This document shows positions 55,305 through 64,000 of a stretch of 64,000 nt of DNA, in pieces; positions within the stretch are counted from its first letter, which is position 1; every line of letters begins with the position of its first letter. Origin of the DNA: an uncultured Candidatus Saccharibacteria bacterium (GTDB taxonomy: Bacteria; Patescibacteriota; Minisyncoccia; Minisyncoccales; CSSED10-335); NCBI GenBank assembly GCA_964586065.1, contig CAZPFW010000001.1:195614-259613 (forward strand). Direction: 5' to 3'. The position numbers and the translations under genes were made by a program. The notes under the pieces were generated by a model. The model was not told the origin of the DNA. It worked only from the letters and a program-made list of their open reading frames with translations, and made no database searches.

Positions 55305-56798
55305 ATGCATTGGATAAATTTTCTGCACATCTATCAACCGTCAGATCAAAGTAACGATATATTGGAAAAAGTTACCAACGAATCTTATCGACCTCTCTTT
55401 GAGGGCCTTCTTGATATTCCAAAAATAAAGATAAACATCAACATCAGTGGAGCTTTGACAGAACTTCTTTACAAAAAAGGATATAGTGACGTTATCGCCA
55501 ATATCAAAAAGCTTGCTGAATCCGGAAAGTTGGAGTTTACCGAAAGCGCAAAATATCATTCACTTCTCCCTTTCCTGAAAGAAGATGAGATGATTCGTCA
55601 AGTTGAAAAGAACAGAAAGACCAACCGAAAATATTTCGGTAAAGTTTATGATCCCGTCTGCTTCTTTCCTCCGGAAATGGCTTACAGCGAAAAAGTCGCC
55701 AAGGTTATTGATAAGATGGGCTATAAAATGATCTTGATCGATGAGATCGCCTATAACGGCGGGAAGACCGCCGCTCCTTCAAATCACCTTTTTAAGATAG
55801 AAAAAACCGACTTGATAGCGGTTTTTAGAGAGCGGCGAGTCTCTAACTCCATCATGAGCGCCATAGTGAGAGACAAGAAGGATTTTTTACATCTGATAGA
55901 AGACGACCTTGATAAAGAGAAATATATCTGCACTGCAATGGACGGAGAGACTTTTGGTCATCACAGGCCTTCGCTTGAAAAGACTCTTTTCAAGATTATG
56001 GGAGCCACTTCTCAATATCATCTTTTCTTTTCTGATCTTTTAGATCATTTTGAGGTATTAAAAGAAGTTAACCCAGTAGCTTCAACTTGGGCATCAACAG
56101 TTGAAGACATTAAAAAAAATGTTCAGTTTTATTCATGGAAAAATCCGAAGAATAAAGTTCATCGAGTACAATGGAAGCTTCAAAATCATTTAATCGATGT
56201 TGCCAGAAAAAACAAACTGTCCTCTTCTCTAATGGAAAAGTTGGACCAATCATTGGCGTCTGACCAATTCTTTTGGGCATCGGGAGAACCGTGGTGGAGT
56301 ATTGAAGTGATTGAGAGAGGCGCCTGGGCCACTCTTCAAGTTCTTAAATCAATCCCGGACATATCAAAAGAAGACTTGAAAAAAGGTGAAGAATATTACA
56401 AGGAGATTCTCTTAACCGCCTTTTGGTGGCAAAGAAGCGGAAAGATAGAAAGTATGGCAAGAAAATACAGAGAAGCAGTTCGAATCCCATTTAAAGAAAG
56501 AACTTTGGAGGTTGGAGGTGAGAAGGTTTACAACAGAATAGTTTCACTTATGGAGAGGGAGATCAAGAAAGCAACGAGAGAACAAAACTTTGAAAAAGCG
56601 ATACTTTGGAGGGATGCCATTTGGAAATTAGATACAAAAAACGACATCTATGATCTTATGCATGCCGTTGATCGACTTCGACTGGATCTGCCAAGCGAAT
56701 TCAAAGAGATAGATCCGGAATTAAACAGATTCTTTGGAAAATACAAAGAAGAGTATGATAAGATTAAGCCGGGACAACCCGAAGAGAGAAGAGCTTAA
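55305..56798 (+). CDS. Glycoside hydrolase family 57 protein with C-terminal UVR-like motif
   Basis: INFLHIYQP.., MDGETFGHHRP (GH57 catalytic-Glu block), WASGEPWWS; C-terminal MEREIKKATREQNFEKAILWRDAIWKL. Confidence 0.82.
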   Translation: MHWINFLHIYQPSDQSNDILEKVTNESYRPLFEGLLDIPKIKININISGALTELLYKKGYSDVIANIKKLAESGKLEFTESAKYHSLLPFLKEDEMIRQVEKNRKTNRKYFGKVYDPVCFFPPEMAYSEKVAKVIDKMGYKMILIDEIAYNGGKTAAPSNHLFKIEKTDLIAVFRERRVSNSIMSAIVRDKKDFLHLIEDDLDKEKYICTAMDGETFGHHRPSLEKTLFKIMGATSQYHLFFSDLLDHFEVLKEVNPVASTWASTVEDIKKNVQFYSWKNPKNKVHRVQWKLQNHLIDVARKNKLSSSLMEKLDQSLASDQFFWASGEPWWSIEVIERGAWATLQVLKSIPDISKEDLKKGEEYYKEILLTAFWWQRSGKIESMARKYREAVRIPFKERTLEVGGEKVYNRIVSLMEREIKKATREQNFEKAILWRDAIWKLDTKNDIYDLMHAVDRLRLDLPSEFKEIDPELNRFFGKYKEEYDKIKPGQPEERRA

Positions 56799-56816
56799 TA
56801 GGATAAACTCAGAGAG

Positions 56817-58169
56817 ATGACAAAAAACAAGATACTTTTTGCCGCGGCAGAATGCGCTCCTTTTGTAAAAGTCGGAGGATTGGCTGATGTGGTCGGATCT
56901 CTCCCTAAGGCTCTTAAAAAATTGGGAGTTGATGTTTCAGTCATTATCCCCTTTTATGAATCGATTTCAATTGATGAAAAAGATTTGGATATTATAAAGA
57001 GAGATGTTGAAGTTATTTTTGCGGGTAAGATTGAAAAAGTTGACCTTTACAAAACAACTCTTTCAAACAGTGACGTTCAATTGATATTGATATCAAACAA
57101 GAAATATTTTTCCGGAGACCCTTATTCGGGTGATAAGACGAGATTCATATTCTTTTCCAAAGCGATAATTGAGACGGCTGATCTGATGAACTTTAAAACA
57201 ATTCATTGTCACGACTGGCATACGGCGATTGTTCCTTATCTTGCAAAGAATATAAAAACGATCTTTACGATTCATAATATCGCTTATCAAGGAGTCTTTG
57301 ATTCAGAGACAATAAATCTCCTTATTGAATCGAATTTCAGTGATGAAATAAATTGTATGGAGCTCGGAATAGAAAACTCTGACATTGTTACCACAGTGAG
57401 CCCAAATTATGCAAAAGAGATATTGACACCGGAATTTGGTTTTGGGCTGGAGAAAACTCTTAATAAGAGAAAAGGTAGTCTCTTTGGAATCATAAATGGA
57501 ATAGATCCGGATCAATTCAACCCGGAAAAAGACAAAGCGATTGTCCAAAACTACTCTTTTGAAAAAATTGACAAGAAAATAATCAACAAAGAAAGTCTTC
57601 AAAGAGAATGCTTTGACAGTGTCGATCTTGAAATACCTCTTATCGGAATGGTTACCAGAATTGCCGATCAAAAAGGCTTCAATCTTATAGAAGAAGCTCT
57701 ACCCGAATTGATGAGATTAAAGCTTCAACTTGTTATACTGGGAACCGGAACGGAGTATTATGAAAAAATTCTGACAAACACATCAAATAAGTATTCGGAT
57801 AAGATGTTTGTAAAAACGAGTTTTGACGATCTTTTGGCCAGAAAGATATACGCCGGATCGGATCTCTTTTTAATGCCATCTCACTTTGAACCTTGCGGAT
57901 TGGGACAGATGATTGCAATGTCATATGGAAGCTTACCCATAGTCAGAGAAGTCGGCGGATTGAAAGATACCGTTATTCCTTATGATCAAAAAGGAGCAAC
58001 CGGATTTACTTTCAATGAAGCCTCGTCTCAAGCTCTTCTTAAGGCCGTTAATACAGCTTTAGATCTGTTTAAAGAAAAATCTGCTTGGAGAAAGCTCCAA
58101 AGAGATGCTATGAGAAGAGATTTTTCTTGGGAGAACTCTGCCAAAGCATATCTGAATCTTTACAGATAA
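56817..58169 (+). CDS. glgA: Glycogen/starch synthase (GT5), copy 2
   Basis: ILFAAAECAPFVKVGGLADVV, PSHFEPCGLGQMIAMSYG; 450 aa. Confidence 0.85.
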   Translation: MTKNKILFAAAECAPFVKVGGLADVVGSLPKALKKLGVDVSVIIPFYESISIDEKDLDIIKRDVEVIFAGKIEKVDLYKTTLSNSDVQLILISNKKYFSGDPYSGDKTRFIFFSKAIIETADLMNFKTIHCHDWHTAIVPYLAKNIKTIFTIHNIAYQGVFDSETINLLIESNFSDEINCMELGIENSDIVTTVSPNYAKEILTPEFGFGLEKTLNKRKGSLFGIINGIDPDQFNPEKDKAIVQNYSFEKIDKKIINKESLQRECFDSVDLEIPLIGMVTRIADQKGFNLIEEALPELMRLKLQLVILGTGTEYYEKILTNTSNKYSDKMFVKTSFDDLLARKIYAGSDLFLMPSHFEPCGLGQMIAMSYGSLPIVREVGGLKDTVIPYDQKGATGFTFNEASSQALLKAVNTALDLFKEKSAWRKLQRDAMRRDFSWENSAKAYLNLYR

Positions 58170-59671
58170 TGTATCAATCTTTTCTTAAAACTCCTTCAAA
58201 ATCACAATGGAAAAAGATTGGGTTACAAAGAAGGTCCGGAGTCGTGCTTCCACTCTTTTCAATTCGATCCAAAACAAGCGCCGGAATCGGAGAATTCAAA
58301 GACATTAAGCCAATCATTGATTGGTGTAAACTGACAGGTAACAGCATCGTACAACTTCTCCCCTTAAATGACACGGGACTTCTGTCATCTCCTTTCTCTC
58401 CGATAACATCTATTGGACTCAATCCGATACATATATCTTTATCAGAAATAGAAGGTGGCGAAAAAGAGAATGAACGTATCAAATCTCTGTTTCCAATGGA
58501 AAAAAGAGTGGATTATCGAGTTGGTAAGGAAAAGGTGAGCTCCCTTAAAAAAATCTTCAAAAAAGCCGATCTTTCTGGAGATTTTGAAGAATTCATTGAT
58601 AAAAATAGTGCTTGGTTGAACGATTATGCCACTTTCAAAGCATTAAGAGATTTTCATAAAAATCAACCATGGTTTGACTGGGAAAAAGATTTCAGAGATT
58701 TTAATAAAGAGAAGGTTGAAATATTCAAAGAGAAATTCAAAGATAATATACTTTTTTGGAAATGGATCCAATGGCACTCTTTTAAACAACTGAAGAGTGT
58801 GAAAGATTATGCTCTTAAAAACAACGTTTTGATTAAAGGAGATCTGCCACACTTCATATCAAAGGACAGTGTGGATTGTTGGATCAACAGAGATTGGTTC
58901 AAACTTCAATATGTGGCGGGAGCTCCTCCCGACTATTTCTCCAAAGATGGCCAAACATGGGGAATGCCTCCTTTTAATTGGGAAGCGATAGAGTTGAATA
59001 ATTTTGAGTTTATTCGGAGAAGATTGAACTACGCCGACAATTTTTATGACATCATTCGCATTGATCATCTTATCGGACTTTTTAGAACATGGATCGTCAG
59101 AGATTCAAAAGCAGTATCGGGATCGTTTGATTTAAAAGAGAAGAAAGACCAAGAAAGAAGAGGATATGCAATATTGAGAAAGATGATAGATTCATCTACA
59201 ATGCTTCTTTGTGCGGAAGATATGGGGACAATTCCGTTGTTTTGCAGAAAGACGATAAAAGATCTTGGGATCCCGGGACTTGATATCGGAAGAAATCAAA
59301 AAAGATATCGCCGATTGGCAGTATCAACATTATCAACTCACGATATGGATCTTTTCCCCGAATGGTCGTCGAAAAACGATTTAAACGAAAGAGATGTGGA
59401 CGAAGCTATGAAAGAGATACTATCAGCTCCGTCAATTTTCTCTATTCCTTTGATATTTGATTGGCTATTTTTCTCAGGAGATATTGATCGACTTAAAGCG
59501 CCGAAGTATAGAATTAACAAACCCGGAACGATCTCCGATAATAACTGGAGCATAATGCTTCCTTTCTTTGTCGAGGAATTAGTAAAGCTTCCCGGAAACA
59601 AAAAGATTCAAAGAATCAATCAATTAAGATCTGATTTTGGCAACCCCCTTGATCTGTCCGTTGGGAATTGA
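58169..59671 (+). CDS. malQ: 4-alpha-glucanotransferase (GH77, amylomaltase)
   Basis: RRSGVVLPLFSIRSKTSAGIGEFKD, VQLLPLND, IKGDLPHF, WGMPPFNW, IRIDHLIGLFR, EDMGTIP. Start preferred at the TAATG overlap (58169), not 58085. Confidence 0.85.
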   Translation: MYQSFLKTPSKSQWKKIGLQRRSGVVLPLFSIRSKTSAGIGEFKDIKPIIDWCKLTGNSIVQLLPLNDTGLLSSPFSPITSIGLNPIHISLSEIEGGEKENERIKSLFPMEKRVDYRVGKEKVSSLKKIFKKADLSGDFEEFIDKNSAWLNDYATFKALRDFHKNQPWFDWEKDFRDFNKEKVEIFKEKFKDNILFWKWIQWHSFKQLKSVKDYALKNNVLIKGDLPHFISKDSVDCWINRDWFKLQYVAGAPPDYFSKDGQTWGMPPFNWEAIELNNFEFIRRRLNYADNFYDIIRIDHLIGLFRTWIVRDSKAVSGSFDLKEKKDQERRGYAILRKMIDSSTMLLCAEDMGTIPLFCRKTIKDLGIPGLDIGRNQKRYRRLAVSTLSTHDMDLFPEWSSKNDLNERDVDEAMKEILSAPSIFSIPLIFDWLFFSGDIDRLKAPKYRINKPGTISDNNWSIMLPFFVEELVKLPGNKKIQRINQLRSDFGNPLDLSVGN

Positions 59672-60139
59672 ATGAGTCGTCCCTTCACTATCCTCAATAA
59701 CAGTTCTCCTCAATGACATCTCTTTTACAACTCCTTCTATGCCGGCTATCTTAACTTTGTCTCCTATCATGTATTGATCTTCTATTATTATGAAGATACC
59801 TGAAATAAAATCAGTTACGATACTCTGAGAAGCAAGACTTACCGCAAGTCCCATAACGCCAAGTCCGGTTAACAGAGCTGCGATGTTGACTCCAAATTCA
59901 GGAAGAATCAAAAGAATCGCCGTTACAGATATAATGAAACTGGAAGTTCCACTAAAGACCGTTATTAGAGTTCTAATCCTATTTTTGTGATTGCTCTTGA
60001 ATTTGAGGTGCTTATCAATGCTTTTAACTATCACTCGTTGCAAAACAACTTTTGCAATCAAAGCTCCGAGAATTATCGCCGCAACCCTTATCACGCTTTC
60101 AAGTAAAACGTTTTCCATAACGGGAAGATTAATCAACAT
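59624..60139 (-). CDS. Small mechanosensitive channel (MscS-family) protein
   Basis: TM helices then IVTDFISGIFIIIEDQYMIGDKVKIAGIEGVVKEMSLRRTVIEDSEGTTHSIPNGQI (MscS beta-domain block). Only 171 aa; convergent 48-nt overlap with malQ. Confidence 0.7.
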   Translation of the reverse strand: MLINLPVMENVLLESVIRVAAIILGALIAKVVLQRVIVKSIDKHLKFKSNHKNRIRTLITVFSGTSSFIISVTAILLILPEFGVNIAALLTGLGVMGLAVSLASQSIVTDFISGIFIIIEDQYMIGDKVKIAGIEGVVKEMSLRRTVIEDSEGTTHSIPNGQIKGVAKIRS

Positions 60140-60959
60140 ATTCTTTTACTTTTTCTTTAAAAAGAGTCATTAGCTTTTTCGTTGCATCTCCAACTTGTCC
60201 GTCACCAATGGTGATTGATCCGACTCTGTTTACAGGAATGATATCCTTATTGGTCGCCGTAATGAAAGCCTCATCAGCGGATTCCAATTCATCAAACTTT
60301 ACATCTCTCTCTTCTATATTCATTTGAGAAATATCCATGACAAATCGCCGAGTTGTTCCCATTAAAACTCCTTCTTTAGCTGTTATCAATGATCCGTCTT
60401 TTATGAGAAAGAAGTTACTGGTTGAGCTTTCAAGCACCAGATCACCGGAGGTGCACAAGATGTCAAAAAAGCCTTCTTTTTCTTTCTCCGCTTTGATCTT
60501 GATGGGGAGAATATAGTTCAACGTTTTGGCTTTAGGCAAAGCTCTTTCATATTCTATCGGAAAGAGTGCTACTCCGTTTTGATAAATGCTGCTATCAAGC
60601 TTAACAACTTCTTCGGCTATAATTAAAAAAGTTGGATTCCCGGAGACAAAAGAAAAACTGTCCGGACTTTTTCCACCCGTTGCAATTATTCTCAATGTTA
60701 CATCTTTTTCGGGAAAAAGATTAATCAACTTCTCTATTTGGCTGACAATCTCTTCTCGAGACGGAGTCTTTTTGATCCCCAATATCATTAAAGATGATTC
60801 AAATCGATCAAGATGCCAGTCAAGCAGGAAGGGTTTTGAAAAGAAAGTTCTCAAGACTTCAAAAACTCCATAACCCCTCAAGAAGCCCAGGTCATCCACT
60901 CTTATTGATACATCGTCAAAATCTATTATTTCTCCGTTATAAAAACAATATTTTTTCAT
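60129..60959 (-). CDS. Class IV aminotransferase (branched-chain amino acid / D-amino acid aminotransferase family)
   Basis: DDLGFLRGYGVFEVLR, ..KAKTLNYI.. (Lys region), GTTRRFV; 276 aa. Confidence 0.8.
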   Translation of the reverse strand: MKKYCFYNGEIIDFDDVSIRVDDLGFLRGYGVFEVLRTFFSKPFLLDWHLDRFESSLMILGIKKTPSREEIVSQIEKLINLFPEKDVTLRIIATGGKSPDSFSFVSGNPTFLIIAEEVVKLDSSIYQNGVALFPIEYERALPKAKTLNYILPIKIKAEKEKEGFFDILCTSGDLVLESSTSNFFLIKDGSLITAKEGVLMGTTRRFVMDISQMNIEERDVKFDELESADEAFITATNKDIIPVNRVGSITIGDGQVGDATKKLMTLFKEKVKEYVD

Positions 60960-60962
60960 CTC

Positions 60963-61571
60963 TTATTTTTTAAAACTTAATACTTTATCTTCGGGAAAAA
61001 TGTTCTTAAAAATAGATAGGTATATCGTAGCTGATACTATCTTTAAAAGCCCGACTAATACAAAGAGTGATTGAAATCCAAGAAGGCTAGCGATGATTCC
61101 TCCAAAAGCCGCCGCGAAACCGGCGGCGAAACCAACTCCTGTACTTTGGACACTCCAGGAGAACGCCTCCCACCCCTTATTTATATGTCTGGTAAATATT
61201 CCATACCAAGCTGGAATAACGCAAGCCATGGCCGCTCCTCGAGCAAACTCTAAAACAAATATATGCCAAGATTGAGTTGCGAAAAAATAACCGAACGGAA
61301 CCATTGCCGCCGCATACATTCCAAAGACCAAAGCTTTAAAATCATCTCTTTCCCCTCTAATAACGTCAAGAACATTGGCTAAAAATGGCTGTATCGTTGA
61401 TTTCACTATCCAGTAAGTTGCCACAGCAAAAGCTACCGTCTCTATCGTCCCTCCACTAATCTGTTGAGTGATAAATATCGCGAATATGGGAGAGATGAGT
61501 CCCCAGCCTGATTGCATAAAAAAATCGGCTATTATCAGTCGTATTACAACGTTACTTAATTTAGTTCTCAT
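60963..61571 (-). CDS. Six-TM membrane protein (MFS-half-like)
   Basis: Hydrophobicity only; about six helices, 202 aa. Confidence 0.35.
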   Translation of the reverse strand: MRTKLSNVVIRLIIADFFMQSGWGLISPIFAIFITQQISGGTIETVAFAVATYWIVKSTIQPFLANVLDVIRGERDDFKALVFGMYAAAMVPFGYFFATQSWHIFVLEFARGAAMACVIPAWYGIFTRHINKGWEAFSWSVQSTGVGFAAGFAAAFGGIIASLLGFQSLFVLVGLLKIVSATIYLSIFKNIFPEDKVLSFKK

Positions 61572-61764
61572 CCTTTACAGCATCATTAAGTTCTTTTAAA
61601 AGATCTTCTAAATTAATATTATGTACGAGAGCCGCCTCTTCAACACTTTCCGGATCCGACATCGGGCAGCCAACGCAACTTAATCCATACTTTAGAAAAA
61701 CATCTACCACTTCCGGGTAATTTCTCAAAAGATCGCCTATCTTCATCTCTTTGACTATTTTCAT
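61561..61764 (-). CDS. DUF1858 / hybrid-cluster-protein-associated redox disulfide domain protein
   Basis: MKIGDLLRNYPEVVDVFLKYGLSCVGCPMSDPESVEEAALVHNINLEDLLKELN matches the family pattern (CxGC). Confidence 0.7.
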   Translation of the reverse strand: MKIVKEMKIGDLLRNYPEVVDVFLKYGLSCVGCPMSDPESVEEAALVHNINLEDLLKELNDAVKDEN

Positions 61765-61766
61765 TT

Positions 61767-62402
61767 TTATTCTTTAATTTCTTTAATTATCCATTCATCT
61801 TCCACTTCTTTCAAAAAATCAAGAAGAATCGGTTCATCTATTATCTCCTTTATCCATCTTAACCAAAGATCATGACGAATTTTACCTTCTTTTCGCCAAT
61901 AATCCATTCCTTGAAGAAAGTTGACCATCTTATCCGCTTGTTTAACAAATCTTGACTCCGAGGTGACCATACCCTCATATTCCAACCAAAGTTCTTTAAT
62001 CTCTTCTTTCAGGTTTTGAGGAAGATCAGCTATCAGCTTTTCCAACCCCTCTGACTCCATTTGACGCTTATCTTCTTCTTTCTTCCTCTTCATTTCTGGA
62101 GTAAATTCAGGCCATTTCTCAAGAATCTTTCGATTATTCTCAGAATCTTCAGAAAGTAAAGGATCATAAGGAGTCAAATCTTTGGCGTAAACTTCACAAA
62201 GATCGTGAACAAGAGCCATCTTTATCATCTTGTCAAGATCGACCTTATCTTTTCTTCTTCCCAAAATCCAAACCAAAAGAGCCAAATGAAAGGTATGTTC
62301 AGCAGTTGTTTCAGGCTTTTCAATATTATGAAGTAGCCAGCCTCTGCGATCTCTTCCTTTAAGATCTCCTATTTTTGTTAAAAAGTTAAAAACCTCCTTC
62401 AT
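61767..62402 (-). CDS. HD-domain phosphohydrolase (YfbR-like 5'-nucleotidase type)
   Basis: ETTAEHTFHLALLV..ALVHDLCEVYAKD (H..HD..D). ATG at 62402 preferred to the TTG at 62414. Confidence 0.75.
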   Translation of the reverse strand: MKEVFNFLTKIGDLKGRDRRGWLLHNIEKPETTAEHTFHLALLVWILGRRKDKVDLDKMIKMALVHDLCEVYAKDLTPYDPLLSEDSENNRKILEKWPEFTPEMKRKKEEDKRQMESEGLEKLIADLPQNLKEEIKELWLEYEGMVTSESRFVKQADKMVNFLQGMDYWRKEGKIRHDLWLRWIKEIIDEPILLDFLKEVEDEWIIKEIKE

Positions 62403-62419
62403 CTCATTTCTCAATGATT

Positions 62420-62443
62420 AGGCAGGGATTCATCCCTGCCTAT
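62420..62443 (-). terminator. GC-rich stem-loop between greA and the HD gene (terminator-like, no clear U-tract)
   Basis: TAGGCAGGGA-TTCA-TCCCTGCCTA, a perfect 10-bp stem. Confidence 0.4.
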
Positions 62444-62481
62444 AAATTAGTATAGATCAGATAAAATTGCAAACCGGCCAC

Positions 62482-62949
62482 CTATGAGGTGAAATGATCT
62501 ATCTTTTTTATCTTATAGACCGTCCCTATCGGAGATGAAATCGATACTTCTTCTCCCACTCTTTTATCAAGAAGAGCTTTTCCTACTGGAGATTCTATGG
62601 AAATCTTACCAGCGGCGGGATCAGCTTCAAGAGCCTCTACTATTAACAGCTTATCTTCTTGACCATCAACACTAACAGTCACCATCGCCCCGATACCAAC
62701 TTTCCCTTTAGCCGGTCTTATCGGTTTGGTATTTTTAAAAACACTTTCCAATTCAGCCAATCTGATGTCAATTGAAGCTAAATCATCTTGAAAATGAACG
62801 AACTCAGGATTCAATTCTTCCGAGTGAAGTGCGGAAGGAGCATCATCTCTTCCTCCAATTCTAAGCTGGCGAGTTCTTCTTAATTTTTCGTACTCACTCT
62901 TAAGCTTTGTAAGTCCTTCAGCAGTTAAATAATATTTCTTTTCGTTCAT
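62482..62949 (-). CDS. greA: Transcription elongation factor GreA
   Basis: YYLTAEGLTKLKSEYEKL.. coiled-coil N-domain and C-terminal ISIESPVGKALLDKRVGEEV. Confidence 0.9.
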   Translation of the reverse strand: MNEKKYYLTAEGLTKLKSEYEKLRRTRQLRIGGRDDAPSALHSEELNPEFVHFQDDLASIDIRLAELESVFKNTKPIRPAKGKVGIGAMVTVSVDGQEDKLLIVEALEADPAAGKISIESPVGKALLDKRVGEEVSISSPIGTVYKIKKIDHFTS

Positions 62950-62959
62950 CTTTTTATAA

Positions 62960-62983
62960 AACCTCCCTTTGCGGAGGGAGGTT
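62960..62983 (-). promoter_or_regulatory. Terminator-like hairpin in the greA leader that contains the Shine-Dalgarno sequence
   Basis: Minus strand AACCTCCCT-CCGCAA-AGGGAGGTT followed by TTATAAAAAG then ATG (62949). The 3' arm carries AGGGAGG. Confidence 0.4.
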
Positions 62984-63124
62984 AGGGTTCTTTAGTGTTG
63001 TGGATTCTAATCTCCCAGCGTAATCTAATCGAAGAAGTAGATGAGGGCCTCTGTTTTAGGGCTTATTCTTAATACGGGAAATTTTGTTATCCTTTCGACC
63101 ATAATATCTTTTTTATGTCGCTTC

Positions 63125-63152
63125 ATTCTATTACTTTTAATTTTAATGTCAA
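63125..63152 (-). promoter_or_regulatory. Sigma70-type promoter for the greA leader
   Basis: TTGACA (63152-63147), 16-nt spacer, TAGAAT (63130-63125); gives a ~170-nt leader. Confidence 0.4.
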
Positions 63153-63163
63153 CCCCTGTTATC

Positions 63164-63895
63164 TTAACAATTACGATCTCGAGTCAAAACAAAACCCCAA
63201 ACTTCTTTCACCCCGTTTTCTTTCAATAATCGCGCACACTCATTCATTGTTGATCCGCTGGACCAAAGATCATCAATCAAGATAGCTTTCTTTATTTTTG
63301 TTTGAGAAAAAACGAAAGCTCCTCTTATATTGTGGATTCGCTCTCTCTTGTTGAGATTCAACTGAGATTGAGTCGTTTTCACTCTTTTCAAAAAAGATTT
63401 CTTTTTCTTACCCGCCAAGAATGCAATCTTATCGGCTATAAGACTTGATAAATCGAATCCTCTTTTGGCATTTCTTCTTGAATCCTTTGGAATCGGAATT
63501 ATAACGGTCTCTTTATCTAAAAGAAATTTGAGAAAAAACGAAAATCTTTCTTGGTTGTTTTCAATGGCAAATACAAAAAAACCTATAAGCTCGTCAACGA
63601 TCGTAAAAACTCCTCTCTCTTTAATAATTTCGATCGCTTTCTTAATAACTCCGTCGTTATCCCAAAGAGCGATAATCCCATCTAAATTACCTTTACACCT
63701 TTTGTGTTTTTTCCCAAAATAACTCGGTCCGCCACAAGAAGGGCAAAAAGGAATATTATCTGAAATAAAAAGAGCGCATTCTTCACATATGTAATGACCT
63801 TCTCTTGAACAAGTAACACAAAATCTGGGAAATATTATTTCCAAAAAAGAGAGGGCCACTCTTTTTAAAAATGACCCTCTTCCGTAATCAAACAT
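63164..63895 (-). CDS. comF: ComF-family phosphoribosyltransferase-domain protein
   Basis: N-terminal double CxxC (CVTCSRE..CEEC, CPSCGG) and C-terminal PRT motif ILIDDLWSSGSTM. Confidence 0.8.
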   Translation of the reverse strand: MFDYGRGSFLKRVALSFLEIIFPRFCVTCSREGHYICEECALFISDNIPFCPSCGGPSYFGKKHKRCKGNLDGIIALWDNDGVIKKAIEIIKERGVFTIVDELIGFFVFAIENNQERFSFFLKFLLDKETVIIPIPKDSRRNAKRGFDLSSLIADKIAFLAGKKKKSFLKRVKTTQSQLNLNKRERIHNIRGAFVFSQTKIKKAILIDDLWSSGSTMNECARLLKENGVKEVWGFVLTRDRNC

Positions 63896-63909
63896 TCGCG
63901 TTTGATTGA

Positions 63910-64000
63910 TCAGGCTTCATCCCTCTTCTCACCTTTGAAAACTTTTATCTTACCGCATCTTTTGCATTTGACTTCCACGACTGAAGAAGCTAAAGCTCCT
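63910..64000 (-). CDS. C-terminal end (29 codons plus stop) of an unidentified gene running off the right edge
   Basis: Open minus-strand frame ..GALASSVVEVKCKRCGKIKVFKGEKRDEA* ending at TGA 63910-63912. No identification possible. Confidence 0.3.
   Translation of the reverse strand, partial: GALASSVVEVKCKRCGKIKVFKGEKRDEA

Noticed and set aside
59624-59671. 48-nt convergent overlap of malQ and the MscS-like gene as a sign of mis-annotation or frameshift
   Set aside because: Both reading frames carry family motifs up to near their ends and no alternative stop is evident. This is recorded only as an observation.
1-64000. CRISPR arrays, IS elements, rRNA genes and alternative genetic code (UGA recoding)
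   Set aside because: No spaced direct repeats, transposase motifs or rRNA signatures were seen. Long ORFs close normally with TAA/TGA/TAG under the standard code. The one in-frame stop (48410) is TAA, not UGA.

Overview
This is an AT-rich, very gene-dense bacterial window with about 60 protein genes. Most lie on the minus strand, and many have 1-4 nt start/stop overlaps. Housekeeping information-processing genes dominate. There are five aminoacyl-tRNA synthetases (leuS partial, metG, glyQS, ileS, argS), plus rsmI, recO, smpB-ssrA(tmRNA)-infC-rpmI-rplT, dnaG-rpoD, greA and comF. The rest is TM-anchored secreted or envelope proteins, three ABC transporters, a metal-handling cluster and a glycogen cluster. 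The metal cluster is DUF5320 / 2x NifX-like / ZnuCB-like / MinD-ferredoxin ATPase / CDF / DUF134. The glycogen cluster is glgA-GH57-glgA-malQ. By inference only, the repertoire fits a small-genome Patescibacteria/CPR-type organism. No rRNA, CRISPR array, transposase or integrase was seen.

The stand-out region is 42.6-50.6 kb. A tRNA-Asn(GUU) gene is split by a 274-nt group I (IC3-like) intron. Next to it sits a compositionally mosaic accessory patch carrying a tightly packed minus-strand operon. That operon encodes a Ymh/TIGR02391 HEPN protein (broken by one in-frame TAA), a 64-aa protein, an 817-aa zinc-hook ABC/SMC-type ATPase with an unassigned C-terminal domain, and a 904-aa SF1 helicase with a ~510-aa unknown N-terminal domain. 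The operon is flanked by a divergent, C-terminally truncated LexA-like repressor and an orphan GC-rich fragment. I propose it as a candidate uncharacterised defence-type system.

Other points of interest:
- two paralogous small proteins with consensus promoters, one behind a terminator/antiterminator-type leader;
- a terminator-like hairpin in the greA leader;
- an RpoD with a lysine-rich tail;
- a CDF transporter with a Cys-rich C-terminal ribbon.

All family assignments come from reading motifs by eye. No database search was run.
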